From an archaeon (GTDB lineage: Archaea > B1Sed10-29 > WALL01), in contig JBHOSQ010000004.1 in the NCBI GenBank assembly GCA_042584585.1, forward strand, positions 8,786-72,785: 64,000 nt of DNA. Direction: 5' to 3'. This document shows positions 16,501 to 23,705 of this stretch, piece by piece. The notes below the pieces were generated by a model. That model did no database searches and was not told the origin of the DNA. It saw nothing but the letters and a program-made list of their open reading frames with translations. A program made the position numbers and the translations under genes. The number at the start of each line of letters is the position of its first letter. The stretch's first letter is position 1.

Positions 16501-19500
16501 GAAGGTTCCGTTTTCGGTGAAGTCAAAGGTTATGTTGGTCGAGCCGTTAGTGCTCGCGGCGGGAAGGAATCCGGAGAGCGCTGCCGGCGAGATGGAGAGG
16601 TTGCCGACTGTTGGGGCGACGTTGTCTATGATTACGTTCATTGTGGTGTCGTGGAGCGTGTTGCCCGCCATGTCGGTGAGGTACATGTCGACGGTTACGT
16701 TGGCGCCGTCGGGGAAGGGGTTGTTGAATTGGTCGCGTCCGTTCCACTCCACGGTTTCGTTGACTGCTTGGGTTGCGGTGCCCGTGAAGACGCGGGTGTA
16801 GGTCAATGCGCCGCTAACGTTTTCGAGGCTAACGTTGTAGTACTGCAGGTCTTCGTTGGGCGTGAAAACGATGTCACTGATTGAGGCGTATTGGCCAGAG
16901 ACGTAGCCGGACAGGCGGGCGCCGTCGGTCATGTTGTTGGTGATGCCCTTCGTGATTTGGGGGTCGGTGATGTCGACGAGTATGGTGCGCTGGGTGCCGC
17001 TGATTTGGTTGCCCAGGGAGTCCGTAGCCGTAAGGGCCACGGTGGAGTTGCCGAGGATTATGGTGCCGGACGCTGTCTTGCCGTCCCAGGTGATGGACTT
17101 GGACACGTTGCCCGTGCAGCTGCCGGTCATGACGCGGGTGAGCGTGGTATTGGTTATGGTGACTATGTAGTCGGCGTCCCTGGTGACGTTGAACGAGATG
17201 GCTGCCGTGTCCTGGATGCCGTCTGCGTTGGGCGAGATGTATACTGGAGAAACGGCGAGGTCGTTGTTGAACGTGAACGCGGATGCCGCGGAAGCTGTTT
17301 CGTTGGCCTCGTTGGAAGCATTGGAGGGGTTGCCCGCGAGGTCCAGTGCGGAGACCAGGTAGTAGTACTTGATGCCCTCGATTACCGCGGTGTCGTTGTA
17401 CTCGGCAACGGTTGCGTTGGCGATGTTGTTGGACGCCGAGGCGGTGAAGTCGTCGGTGGTGGAGCGGTAGACGCGGTAGAGCGAGATGCCGACGTTGTCT
17501 GCGGACTCGGTCCAATTGACCTTGATGGAGCCGTCGGTTCGCGCGGTGGCGTTGGTGCCCACTGGGATTGATGGCAGCTCGTCGTCGACGTAGACCGTGA
17601 GCGTGTCCGTGGCGTTGTTGCTTCCGCTGTCGATGACCACGAGCGTGGCTGTCGAGTTAGTCATATAAGTTGTGCCGTTGGTCCCGTTCCATGTGTTCGA
17701 CACTTCGATGCCGGCGGACGTGGTGCCGTTGAACAGGAGGTAGTGCGTGGTGTTTGATATGTTGAGCGAGTAGGTTCCGGCCACGTTGGGGGTGAACGCG
17801 AGCGTTGTGTTGTCCTGGACGCCGGTGCTGTTTTGGGGCGAGATGTATTGGGGCGTCGCGGTGAGTGCGGAGAGGATTATGACGCCGGCGTTGTCTATTG
17901 TGATGTTGTTGCCTGCCACTGGCTCAAGCGGGTTGCCCGCGCGGTCTTCGCCTGTGACGTTCACGGAGTAGTTGCCGTCGGAGACGGGGGTGGTGTAGTC
18001 GCTTTCCGTGCCGTTCCAGGTTGTGCTGAGCGACGAGCCGGCCGTCGCGGAGATGGAACGGGTGAGGCCTCCACTGGAGTTGTATATGTTCACGGTCCAG
18101 TTGTCCATGTATTCGCTGGCCGTGGCCGTTATGGTGGAGGGGTTGAGTGCGTTGACGAACGTGGTGGGGCTGACCGAGACCGCGGATGTGAGGGTTGGGA
18201 GCACGTCGTCGATGGTGACGTTTTGTTCCCTGCCGTCGATGCGGAGGTAGTAGTCCTCTTGGTTTCCCATTTCGTCGGTGAGTGTGAGTACCACGACGAC
18301 TTCCGCGCCGAAGGTGGTGGCGTTGTCCGTGGAGTTGCCGTTCCAGAGGATTGTTGTGGCCGAGCCGGTGCTGGCCGAGCTGGTGAAGGTGCGGGTGTAG
18401 GTGTTTTCGTCGCGGAGGCCGAGGACGTAGGTCGCGTCTTCGTCCACGTGGAAGGTGAATGTGGTGGTGTCCTGGACGCCGGTGCTGTTGATTGGCGAGA
18501 TGAAGTAGTCCGAGCACGTGAAGTTGATTGCCTGGGGCGCGAGGTTGTCAATCATTATCCAGCTCGTGTTGGTGGCGTTGTTGCCGAGGAAGTCGGTGAC
18601 GTTCACGATGACGGTGGCGTTGCCTTCCGACATCAGCGAGCCATCGAACTTGGTGCCGTTCCACGTGTGGTTAACGAAAGTGTTGTTGGTGTAATTGGTG
18701 TAGTTGAGAACGAGGGTGGTGCCAAGGCTGTCGGTTACCACGAGCTCGTACGTCATGTTCCCGACGGGGTCCCACGCCGAGAACGAGATGTTGGCCTCGC
18801 TTTCGAGGATGCTGCCCGAGACGTTCTGGAGCGTTACGGTAAGGGTGCCGTTGATTACTGGGGGCGTGTTGTCGACGTCTACCGTGACGTTCGCGCCGGT
18901 CACTGAGTTGCCTGCGTCGTCTGTCGCTGTAAGGGTTACGTTGTAGCTGCCGTCCGTGACCGCGGTTCCGTTGGAGTAGGTGCCGCCCCAGTTAACTGTT
19001 TCCGGAGTGGCTGCGGTTTGGGTGCCCGTGAGTGCCAAGACGCCGGTTGCGTCGGTGGCGTTTGTGATGTTGAGGAGGTAGGAGCCGCTGGAGTCCACGG
19101 TGAAGTTCAAAACTGTGTAGTTGGTGGTGAGCATGCCGGTTATGTTGCCTTCGCTGGAGGTTAGGGCCGAGGTTATTGATGGCGCGCTGTTGTCGACTGT
19201 TAAGTTGAATAGCTCTGTGTTGCTGGGGTTGCCGGCCCAGTCCGTGAGCGTGAGGTTGGCCTCATACTCGCCTGCGGGCATTGCGGTGCCGTTGGTGAAG
19301 TTGCCGTCCCAGTAAATGGTTTTGGTTCCGGTGGTTGTCTGGACGGTGCGGCTGCAGTTTTCGCCGCACGTTGAGAAGTTGAACGTGTAGTTGACCACGC
19401 CATTGGGGTTGCCGGTGGTGGAGTCAGCCGCGGTGAAGTTGATGTGCAGGCTGGCCGAGGGCACGGAGCTGGAGACGTTGCTGTTGTTGCCGACTGCCAC

Positions 19501-19968
19501 GTCCGAAAGGGTTGGGGCGGCGGTGTCGATGTAGGCAGTGTACGTGGTGCTGTTGGCCTGGGTGTTGTTGCTGTCCGTAATGGTCACAGTGACTTCAGTG
19601 ACGCCGAATGTGACCAGGTCGTCGGCGGACTTTCCATCCCACGTGAAGTTCAGCTGGTCGGCCTCGTCGAGCGCGCCGGTGACCGTGCGGACGTTGGAGC
19701 CGTCTGTTAATAAGATAGTATAATTGACGTCTTCGCTTGAGTTGAACGTGATTAAAGTGGTGTCTAGCACGGTGTCGGCGTTGGGGGAAAAGGCTTGTGG
19801 GGTGACGGCGAGGTCTCCGGCCGAGAAGTTGGGGGGGAGGAGGGGGTAGCTGGCGAACCCGGTCATTGAGAGCTCTACGCAGCCAGAAAGCAGTATGACT
19901 AGCGCTACCACTGACATTGCCACAGTGAGAGTGTTTCTTTTAATCATGTTACCACTGGGCAGAAACAT
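10513..19968 (-). CDS. Giant (3151 aa) multi-domain cell-surface protein. Order: lipobox-like signal, many FlgD-type Ig-like repeats, FN3, I9-like propeptide plus S8 subtilase, more Ig-like repeats, poly-Gly, Pro/Thr stalk, TM helix, lysine-rich coiled-coil cytoplasmic tail.
   Basis: Single uninterrupted ORF. N-terminus ...VALVILLSGCVELS. Recurrent (F/I)SPNADG.QD...WDG/WNG repeat signature. Subtilase triad motifs IIDSGVD / HGTHVAG / GTSMAAPHVSG. G11 run. VPEPTSTPNVTATPTPVATPEPTATPTPTPE, then IPIVEGVSVLLLVAVLVGVFLVL, then a K/P/A-rich tail. Confidence 0.9.
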   Translation of the reverse strand: MFLPSGNMIKRNTLTVAMSVVALVILLSGCVELSMTGFASYPLLPPNFSAGDLAVTPQAFSPNADTVLDTTLITFNSSEDVNYTILLTDGSNVRTVTGALDEADQLNFTWDGKSADDLVTFGVTEVTVTITDSNNTQANSTTYTAYIDTAAPTLSDVAVGNNSNVSSSVPSASLHINFTAADSTTGNPNGVVNYTFNFSTCGENCSRTVQTTTGTKTIYWDGNFTNGTAMPAGEYEANLTLTDWAGNPSNTELFNLTVDNSAPSITSALTSSEGNITGMLTTNYTVLNFTVDSSGSYLLNITNATDATGVLALTGTQTAATPETVNWGGTYSNGTAVTDGSYNVTLTATDDAGNSVTGANVTVDVDNTPPVINGTLTVTLQNVSGSILESEANISFSAWDPVGNMTYELVVTDSLGTTLVLNYTNYTNNTFVNHTWNGTKFDGSLMSEGNATVIVNVTDFLGNNATNTSWIMIDNLAPQAINFTCSDYFISPINSTGVQDTTTFTFHVDEDATYVLGLRDENTYTRTFTSSASTGSATTILWNGNSTDNATTFGAEVVVVLTLTDEMGNQEDYYLRIDGREQNVTIDDVLPTLTSAVSVSPTTFVNALNPSTITATASEYMDNWTVNIYNSSGGLTRSISATAGSSLSTTWNGTESDYTTPVSDGNYSVNVTGEDRAGNPLEPVAGNNITIDNAGVIILSALTATPQYISPQNSTGVQDNTTLAFTPNVAGTYSLNISNTTHYLLFNGTTSAGIEVSNTWNGTNGTTYMTNSTATLVVIDSGSNNATDTLTVYVDDELPSIPVGTNATARTDGSIKVNWTESADNVGISLYRVYRSTTDDFTASASNNIANATVAEYNDTAVIEGIKYYYLVSALDLAGNPSNASNEANETASAASAFTFNNDLAVSPVYISPNADGIQDTAAISFNVTRDADYIVTITNTTLTRVMTGSCTGNVSKSITWDGKTASGTIILGNSTVALTATDSLGNQISGTQRTILVDITDPQITKGITNNMTDGARLSGYVSGQYASISDIVFTPNEDLQYYNVSLENVSGALTYTRVFTGTATQAVNETVEWNGRDQFNNPFPDGANVTVDMYLTDMAGNTLHDTTMNVIIDNVAPTVGNLSISPAALSGFLPAASTNGSTNITFDFTENGTFNILITDGTLNATLTGNAGADLSGASVDSEVERDIALGDTASVIIILADVGTVLENQNEALAAVNSTEFSTLYQYSTANALAGEISREGMHKLRESGAVSAIAYDRPIYASRSVSVPLTNADDAWLRQSGGINSTGVDQNICIIDSGVDYTHDDFGNCTQAEFLAGTCAKVIGGYDYVNDDTDPVDDYNHGTHVAGIAAGNGTVKGVAPGAKIIAVKVLDNVGSGSFADAIAGVDWCTNNQSLYNISVISMSFGEVGEPEYTDGTCPTYMDSSLSSAKTANITLVASSGNDDKTAGINYPACSPYVIPVGASTDADAMAEFSNRGPNLDVLAPGVNINSTVLSDAYSEFNGTSMAAPHVSGAVAVIQQDYLLRNSTILTPAQIETLLVNNGTTIYDSNSTRNYTRLDVMSILNNISGSGAPAGSGSGSSGLQNCTYSGSSVTCTWDGTDDNGAIMTNGTWAASLVFYDYARSFTTDSTTVTLDSTPPVFTSDLAATDYNISAVVSDSDTNLTFTVNEGGTYLINITDGTSARTFNGTTTAGVQVLHTWDGTANDNSTALAEDNYTIVARAYDPYGNEGNSSIVVEVDSSAATNVTLSASDYYISPHTSPGSEDATNITFTSTKSGSYVLTILDLSTPANTRTYTGSATAATPVTLEWDGKSVNGSVNFSSSRVVATVTDVSSNQQSSSPITINIDSIIPSFLASMVIDVTQLSLNLSHEANITFGPSEAVTYEVNISNGVQERLITGDANSSSNTTVTWNGTLANGTWFDDGNASVTVNITDWAGNFNSSGPVNITVDSNAPNITTAFNATSDIISGALATELNFTFTAIDVLPFNYTILVNDSSSYWNTTGAATNNTQMNITWNGTDVNGSLMQEAAVVVTLTLTDEVGNTVTDTLNNTVDNTAPSLNFTYPANASFAPLGNLSVFLDVYDLHVDSVQLNVSNSTWSTTVDMSNGTKLNTTNYSNYTGIIDGTELANDTYLVSCLVNDTAGNLDNTTNITIYSDRFAPEISWTSPPNNSQFPPGTLLKPAITEWIGIDTVWYSLNGSANTTILSPYQYDTTGISNGIANFTIYANDTLGLTNSSMLNFSIDNTPLSLNVTAPTNLSSYSGAAARRLDWNETGVTLTYEVDGLVDTTWFGLDGLTNTTITDNSTMNITRPGGLHRVTVYANDTGANLLSSERWVFTDATVNVTDWLLNATTNATLNVTFANETDLPDYDNLTLLDTRVNIVANTTNVWLNITNLLASNASWANTLTIYNETSDVTDALTGIVTAVVDMVWVDQFEEFEPFYDDYNATIFLPVVYDSLFYCHGSLESPTCDPIITACEGYTGSPCYNTTVDNKTKIFLPHLSGIVGANDTTPPANQSLSINSGGASTTSPNVNLDMTAVGAVYCQYSNDNTTWSAWYDYGDTVAWTLSSSYGTKTVYGRCKDMPNNTAAPVNDTISYAAAPAAPTGGARDDDTGGGGGGGGGGGIVKVEPVIANFTEDEYSESSILEELEDPLVQQALGERVGADLVDSSSQARQVADVTRAFDYSTEYIFFTTNTSLTLSVDFSEPVLDLVLVDEVPKEFSEIASDLIIDVYPPADVTILKDDPIVSFEFGDVSGKVSINYTVQKEMLLAVMDRLITELDNPKLFAAAPPVVVPEPTSTPNVTATPTPVATPEPTATPTPTPEIADITSIPIVEGVSVLLLVAVLVGVFLVLRGHITIGPLGKPPKPVATKKPAPKAGVSALKAATPKKALRETPRKIVKPTDMLKPKEETKPLPKKPTEASRGAAATEPAAPKKALSAETAGQLAAFDGMLDTFHRDISLAKKKGSNVKLLENELEALAGDRQSLVNALEKNDVAYIRVVLRDVDALSKKVSKVAPGGKPADKVPLVPKTEVSAPKAATPQPAAKVATHKAVKAAPKKPVRRPPSEFTPETKRRLKLFEENLKAAKDAMASLTGKNRSAMAKLIEGQEANMSVLDDAVRTDDKSKIGEADFQLLFKKDEIKKLLK
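15300..16420 (-). other. Internal inhibitor-I9-like propeptide plus peptidase S8 (subtilisin) domain of the giant protein
   Basis: Asp codon 16069-16071 (about aa 1300), His codon 15934-15936 (about aa 1345), Ser codon 15445-15447 (about aa 1508), oxyanion region SSGND. Upstream is ...ALAGEISREGMHKLRESGAVSAIAYDRPIYAS, which looks like an I9 propeptide. Confidence 0.8.
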
Positions 19969-20039
19969 AAACGTAAAGACGCTTTAAAAAGGTTCCTGCC
20001 GGTGGCTAGAGCCCATATAAAGAGTAGAAGGAGCATTGC

Positions 20040-20059
20040 GGGGGCTGGTGTCAGCCCCC
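20040..20059. terminator. GC-rich hairpin downstream of the ribosomal P1 gene
   Basis: GGGGGCTG-GTGT-CAGCCCCC, 20 nt after the stop of rplP1 on the - strand. TATA-like strings for the giant gene follow. Confidence 0.4.
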
Positions 20060-20078
20060 GGAGTTTAAAGGGAGAATT

Positions 20079-20387
20079 TTAGCCGAAGAGTGCGCCGAGG
20101 CCGGCTGCTGCTTCTTCTTCGGTCTTGCCTTCTTCTTCAGGCTCTTCTTCCTTTGCTTCCTCTGCTGCGGGGGCCGCCGCGGGAGCAGCTGCCGGCGCCG
20201 CTGTCACAGCGGCTTTGGAGACTGCCTCCTCGATGTTCACGCCGTCCAGGCTGGCCACAAGGGCCTTTACCTTGGCGTCGTCGGCCTTTCCGCCTGCGGC
20301 TTCAAGGACTTTCTTGACGTTTGCTTCGTTGATCTCCTTGCCTTCTGCGTTCAGCAGGAGAGCAGCGTATACGTATTGCATTTGCAT
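20079..20387 (-). CDS. rpl12: Ribosomal stalk protein P1 (L12e)
   Basis: MQ(MQ)[28 protein letters not shown]..., Ala/Pro hinge, acidic tail ending GLGALFG. The start is 20387 or 20381. Confidence 0.95.
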   Translation of the reverse strand: MQMQYVYAALLLNAEGKEINEANVKKVLEAAGGKADDAKVKALVASLDGVNIEEAVSKAAVTAAPAAAPAAAPAAEEAKEEEPEEEGKTEEEAAAGLGALFG

Positions 20388-20403
20388 ATCACCTTTTGGA
20401 TTG

Positions 20404-21249
20404 TTACGCTTCCTTGACTAGTGAAGAGATGGCCTTTGCCTGCATGGTTCCTTTGGCGAGGAGGTCTTCGATGACTCCCTTGTCAAGGATGGTTGCCTCG
20501 ACACCGAGGTTTTTGGCCTCGGTGAATGCCTTCTGGAGGAAGTTTTCGATGTTTTCCTTCATGAAGTAACCTGCGTTGAAGGCTAGGTTGAACCCACTCA
20601 TGTAGGCCGTCTGCAGGTTGGCGATGGTTTCTTCTTCACTGATGTCTAGTATTTCGGAAGTGAATATCATGCCGTTTTCGAGCGCGGCTTCGAGCGTCAT
20701 GCCGACTTCCATTGGCTTGAGCCCGAGCTTCGTGAGCGCCGCGGCTTGGTCTCCGGTGAGGACGTCGCCTGCCTTTGCGACAGTGGAGTCCTTCATAACC
20801 TTGATGGAGCCGCCATCAATCCGCGCGTTGATTCCCGCGGACTTGAGGTCGCCGAGCGCCGGGCCGGGCGGAAGGCCGGTGTCGCCCTTGGGGACGATGA
20901 TGTCCATGGGAGCGGTTTGGCCGGCTTTGGCGGGTGCTTTGGACTTGTTTTTCTTGAGCAAGCCGTAGAGCTTGAACGGGTTGACGTCGCTGAATATGAT
21001 TGCGGTCGGGCCTTCCATGCTGGTCTCGAGCTGGTCGAGGCCTTTGGTGCCGGAGTTTTCGAACGCGAGCTTGAGCAGCTTGATTTTGGCGACGCGGATT
21101 ACTGCTTTGCCGCGGAGCTTTTCCCGGATTTCCTGGAACTGGCTTGCCGGGAGGGACGCAATGCTTGAGACTGCGATGACCGGGTGCGCCTTAATCATTT
21201 CCTCGAGGTCGCCCACGACTTTTTTCTTCCATTCCGCGACGTGTGCCAT
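20404..21249 (-). CDS. rplP0: Ribosomal stalk protein uL10 (P0), short form
   Basis: [47 protein letters not shown]... 281 aa, ending ...AISSLVKEA without an acidic GLGALFG-type tail. Confidence 0.9.
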   Translation of the reverse strand: MAHVAEWKKKVVGDLEEMIKAHPVIAVSSIASLPASQFQEIREKLRGKAVIRVAKIKLLKLAFENSGTKGLDQLETSMEGPTAIIFSDVNPFKLYGLLKKNKSKAPAKAGQTAPMDIIVPKGDTGLPPGPALGDLKSAGINARIDGGSIKVMKDSTVAKAGDVLTGDQAAALTKLGLKPMEVGMTLEAALENGMIFTSEILDISEEETIANLQTAYMSGFNLAFNAGYFMKENIENFLQKAFTEAKNLGVEATILDKGVIEDLLAKGTMQAKAISSLVKEA

Positions 21250-21890
21250 CAGAATCCCTCCGTTATGTCGACCGTTGGCCCCATCGTGGTCTTGACCTTG
21301 ACGCTGCCGATGTTCTGGATGTCAGGTATCTGGGCCTTGATTGCCGAAAGGACTGCCGTGGCGTTGGCCGCGAGGTCTTCGGTCGTCATTGCCTCGGTGC
21401 CAATTGGCACGTGGAGGACAGGGAGGTTTTTTCCCTTGGTCTTGATTATGAGTGTGTTCTTGAGCCGAGCGATTAGGGGCTTGAGGTCCGCGTTCGGTGG
21501 GACGGGCTTGGGCATCTTGCCCCTTGGCCCTAAAGCCTGTCCAAGGAATCGGCCTACCAGCGGCATCAGGCTTACCTGGGCGATGAACGCGTCGTAGTCG
21601 TTGGCCAGGGCCTTTATCTTTTTGGGGTCCTTGCCCATTACCTCGAGCTCGGTGGAGAGAATTACTTTGTCGGCGACTGTTTTGGCTGCGGTCGCCATCT
21701 CGTCTTCGCAGATGACACAAACTTTTTGGTCCTTGCCCCTGCCCTTTGGCAACAGGACTTCTGCGCTGATTTTGTTGTCCTGCTTGTTGAAGTCCAGGTT
21801 CTTGAAGTTGACGAACAAGTCCAGTGACTGGACAAAATTCCGCTTCTTGGAGTCGGTCTTTGCTTTCTCTATGGCTTCTTCCAACTTCAT
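21249..21890 (-). CDS. rpl1: Ribosomal protein uL1
   Basis: MKLEEAIEKAKTDSKKRNFVQSLDLFVNFKNLD...KVCVICEDE... The stop overlaps the P0 start by 1 nt. Confidence 0.95.
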   Translation of the reverse strand: MKLEEAIEKAKTDSKKRNFVQSLDLFVNFKNLDFNKQDNKISAEVLLPKGRGKDQKVCVICEDEMATAAKTVADKVILSTELEVMGKDPKKIKALANDYDAFIAQVSLMPLVGRFLGQALGPRGKMPKPVPPNADLKPLIARLKNTLIIKTKGKNLPVLHVPIGTEAMTTEDLAANATAVLSAIKAQIPDIQNIGSVKVKTTMGPTVDITEGF

Positions 21891-21980
21891 GTAAAATCCC
21901 CTCCTAGAGCATGATTAAGCCGTAGCCGCTCTTAGTCTAAGGGAGTGGTCTTTGGTTGTGCTTGTGGGAGTTTATAAACA

Positions 21981-22661
21981 TTACTTCTTTGCAGGCGCCT
22001 TGTTGTCCCGTTTGGCTGGTGCTTCCACCTTGGCTGCGGGCGCTTCCTCTGCCTTGGCCGCCTTCTCGGCCGCCGCAGCTTCTGCCTCTTCCTTGGCCGC
22101 TGCCTTTACCGATGCAAGCTTGCCCTGCATTTCCTTGGCTGCTGCCTGGACTGCCGCCTGGTCGTACTCTAGGTTCGCGCCGTCCTGGAACAGTGCGTCG
22201 AAATCGCCCTTGTCAATGGCCTTGTGCGCATCGGCGGGCGACACGCCCTCGACGAGCAAGCCCAGTGAAACACAGGTGCCGATGACTTCTTTTGTGGCTC
22301 CCTTGAGTGTTTTGGCGAGCATGTTGTCCCGCTTCATTTTCGCGACCTTAACCGCCGCCTTCATGGGCAGGTCCCCAGCCTTCTGGTTTACTTGGTCGCC
22401 AGAGCCCTTGTCGATGCCGAGCTCTTTCTTGATGAGTGCGGACGTGGGCGGGCTCCCGACCTCAATGCGGAAGCTCTTGTCCGAAGAGTTGATTATGACT
22501 TTGATTGGGACCTGCATTCCAGCGAAGTCCTTGGTCTTTTCGTTGATTGCTTTGACTACGTCACCGATGTTGATTCCCGTCGGGCCCAATGCGGGTCCTA
22601 GGGGCGGGCCTGCAGTCGCCTTTCCGCCGTCAACCAATGACTCAATTGTCGATTCTGGCAT
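21981..22661 (-). CDS. rpl11: Ribosomal protein uL11 with an Ala/Lys/Glu-rich C-terminal extension of about 60 aa
   Basis: MPESTIESLVDGGKATAGPPLGPALGPTGINIGDVVKAINEKT... (canonical uL11), followed by ...AAKEEAEAAAAEKAAKAEEAPAAKVEAPAKRDNKAPAKK. ATG at 22661. Confidence 0.9.
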   Translation of the reverse strand: MPESTIESLVDGGKATAGPPLGPALGPTGINIGDVVKAINEKTKDFAGMQVPIKVIINSSDKSFRIEVGSPPTSALIKKELGIDKGSGDQVNQKAGDLPMKAAVKVAKMKRDNMLAKTLKGATKEVIGTCVSLGLLVEGVSPADAHKAIDKGDFDALFQDGANLEYDQAAVQAAAKEMQGKLASVKAAAKEEAEAAAAEKAAKAEEAPAAKVEAPAKRDNKAPAKK

Positions 22662-22740
22662 GAATACCACTATTTCCTAGCTATCCAGAAAAAGCTCGTA
22701 ACCCCCTTATTCTGAAGCCGGGGGTTTAAAAGCGTTGCTG

Positions 22741-23661
22741 TTACTTGGGGTGCTCTTTCTTTAGTTTTCTTTTCCCCATTATCTTCGGGAATGTCCCCGG
22801 CTTAAGCTCTGGGCCCTCTCCTTTGGGGGGGAACTTTGGATACCCCTCTTTTCTTGTTGGCTCGGGGACTGGCTCCTTAGCCGGTGGCAGCGCTTTCACT
22901 GGCGGTCCTGCTTTCTCAGGCTCCTCCCAATCCACGGCATCCTCAGGCAACTTCAGTGTAGCCGGTGGCAACTCCAGTGTTCGCTTCCCGGCGGGCAACG
23001 CCGGCTGTACCTTTTTCCGTTTTCTGGGGGCGAAGTCTGCGGCTAGGCTTGCCCCCAAATCGCCAAAGATATCCCGCATAGTTGATTTGTGTACCATAAC
23101 GGCATTATCAAGCTGCGCCGCAGACGCCTTTTCGTGCCGCACATACTGACCTATAGCCACCTCAAACTCGGCGTGTGTTTTATCGAAGTCGTTGGCGAGC
23201 TCCCATTGTTTCAGGGTGTCAAGTATGCCCATAATCTCTTGTTTTTGGTCGCGGAAGAATTTTCCCGTTTCCACCTCTTCCACAACCCTCTTCCCATCCA
23301 CTTCCTTTTCCACCTTCAGCGGAATTTTGTCAAGCTCTTTGAAATAAGCGTCCGTGACAGCCTGGTAGTATTTGATTCGCTCGTCCTCATCCGTTGGAAT
23401 CTCGCCCTTGGCCATATAGTATTTGATTCGCTCGTCCTCATCCGTTGGAACCTCGCCCTTGGCGATATAAGCGTTTATTAGCTTTTCCTCACCCTCTGGA
23501 AGATGCCCCTCACCAAAGTGCTCTCCGGGCCCCATGTAGCGCAATTTCTTTTCTCTGATATGCTCCAAAACCCACCTATAGTTCGCGACCGACTGCATTA
23601 GGTCTACCCCTATAAGCTTCAGCTTTCGGTCCAGTATCTGTTCCCGCTTTTTCTTAGCCAT
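22741..23661 (-). CDS. Hypothetical protein inserted between spt5 and rpl11. It has an internal 17-aa tandem duplication and a Pro/Lys-rich tail.
   Basis: ORF from the ATG at 23661 (MAKKKREQILDRK...). Repeat YIAKGEVPTDEDERIKY / YMAKGEIPTDEDERIKY. C-terminus ...PPVKALPPAKEPVPEPTRKEGYPKFPPKGEGPELKPG...KRKLKKEHPK. I recognise no family. Confidence 0.6.
   Translation of the reverse strand: MAKKKREQILDRKLKLIGVDLMQSVANYRWVLEHIREKKLRYMGPGEHFGEGHLPEGEEKLINAYIAKGEVPTDEDERIKYYMAKGEIPTDEDERIKYYQAVTDAYFKELDKIPLKVEKEVDGKRVVEEVETGKFFRDQKQEIMGILDTLKQWELANDFDKTHAEFEVAIGQYVRHEKASAAQLDNAVMVHKSTMRDIFGDLGASLAADFAPRKRKKVQPALPAGKRTLELPPATLKLPEDAVDWEEPEKAGPPVKALPPAKEPVPEPTRKEGYPKFPPKGEGPELKPGTFPKIMGKRKLKKEHPK
23368..23469. 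repeat. 51-bp tandem duplication (2 copies, 2 mismatches) inside the hypothetical gene
   Basis: 23368-23418 and 23419-23469 differ only at ggaaT/ggaaC and gcCatata/gcGatata. Confidence 0.9.
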
Positions 23662-23705
23662 ACACAGCACCTGCTAAAGGTAATGAACATCCAACTAAAA
23701 AAGCT

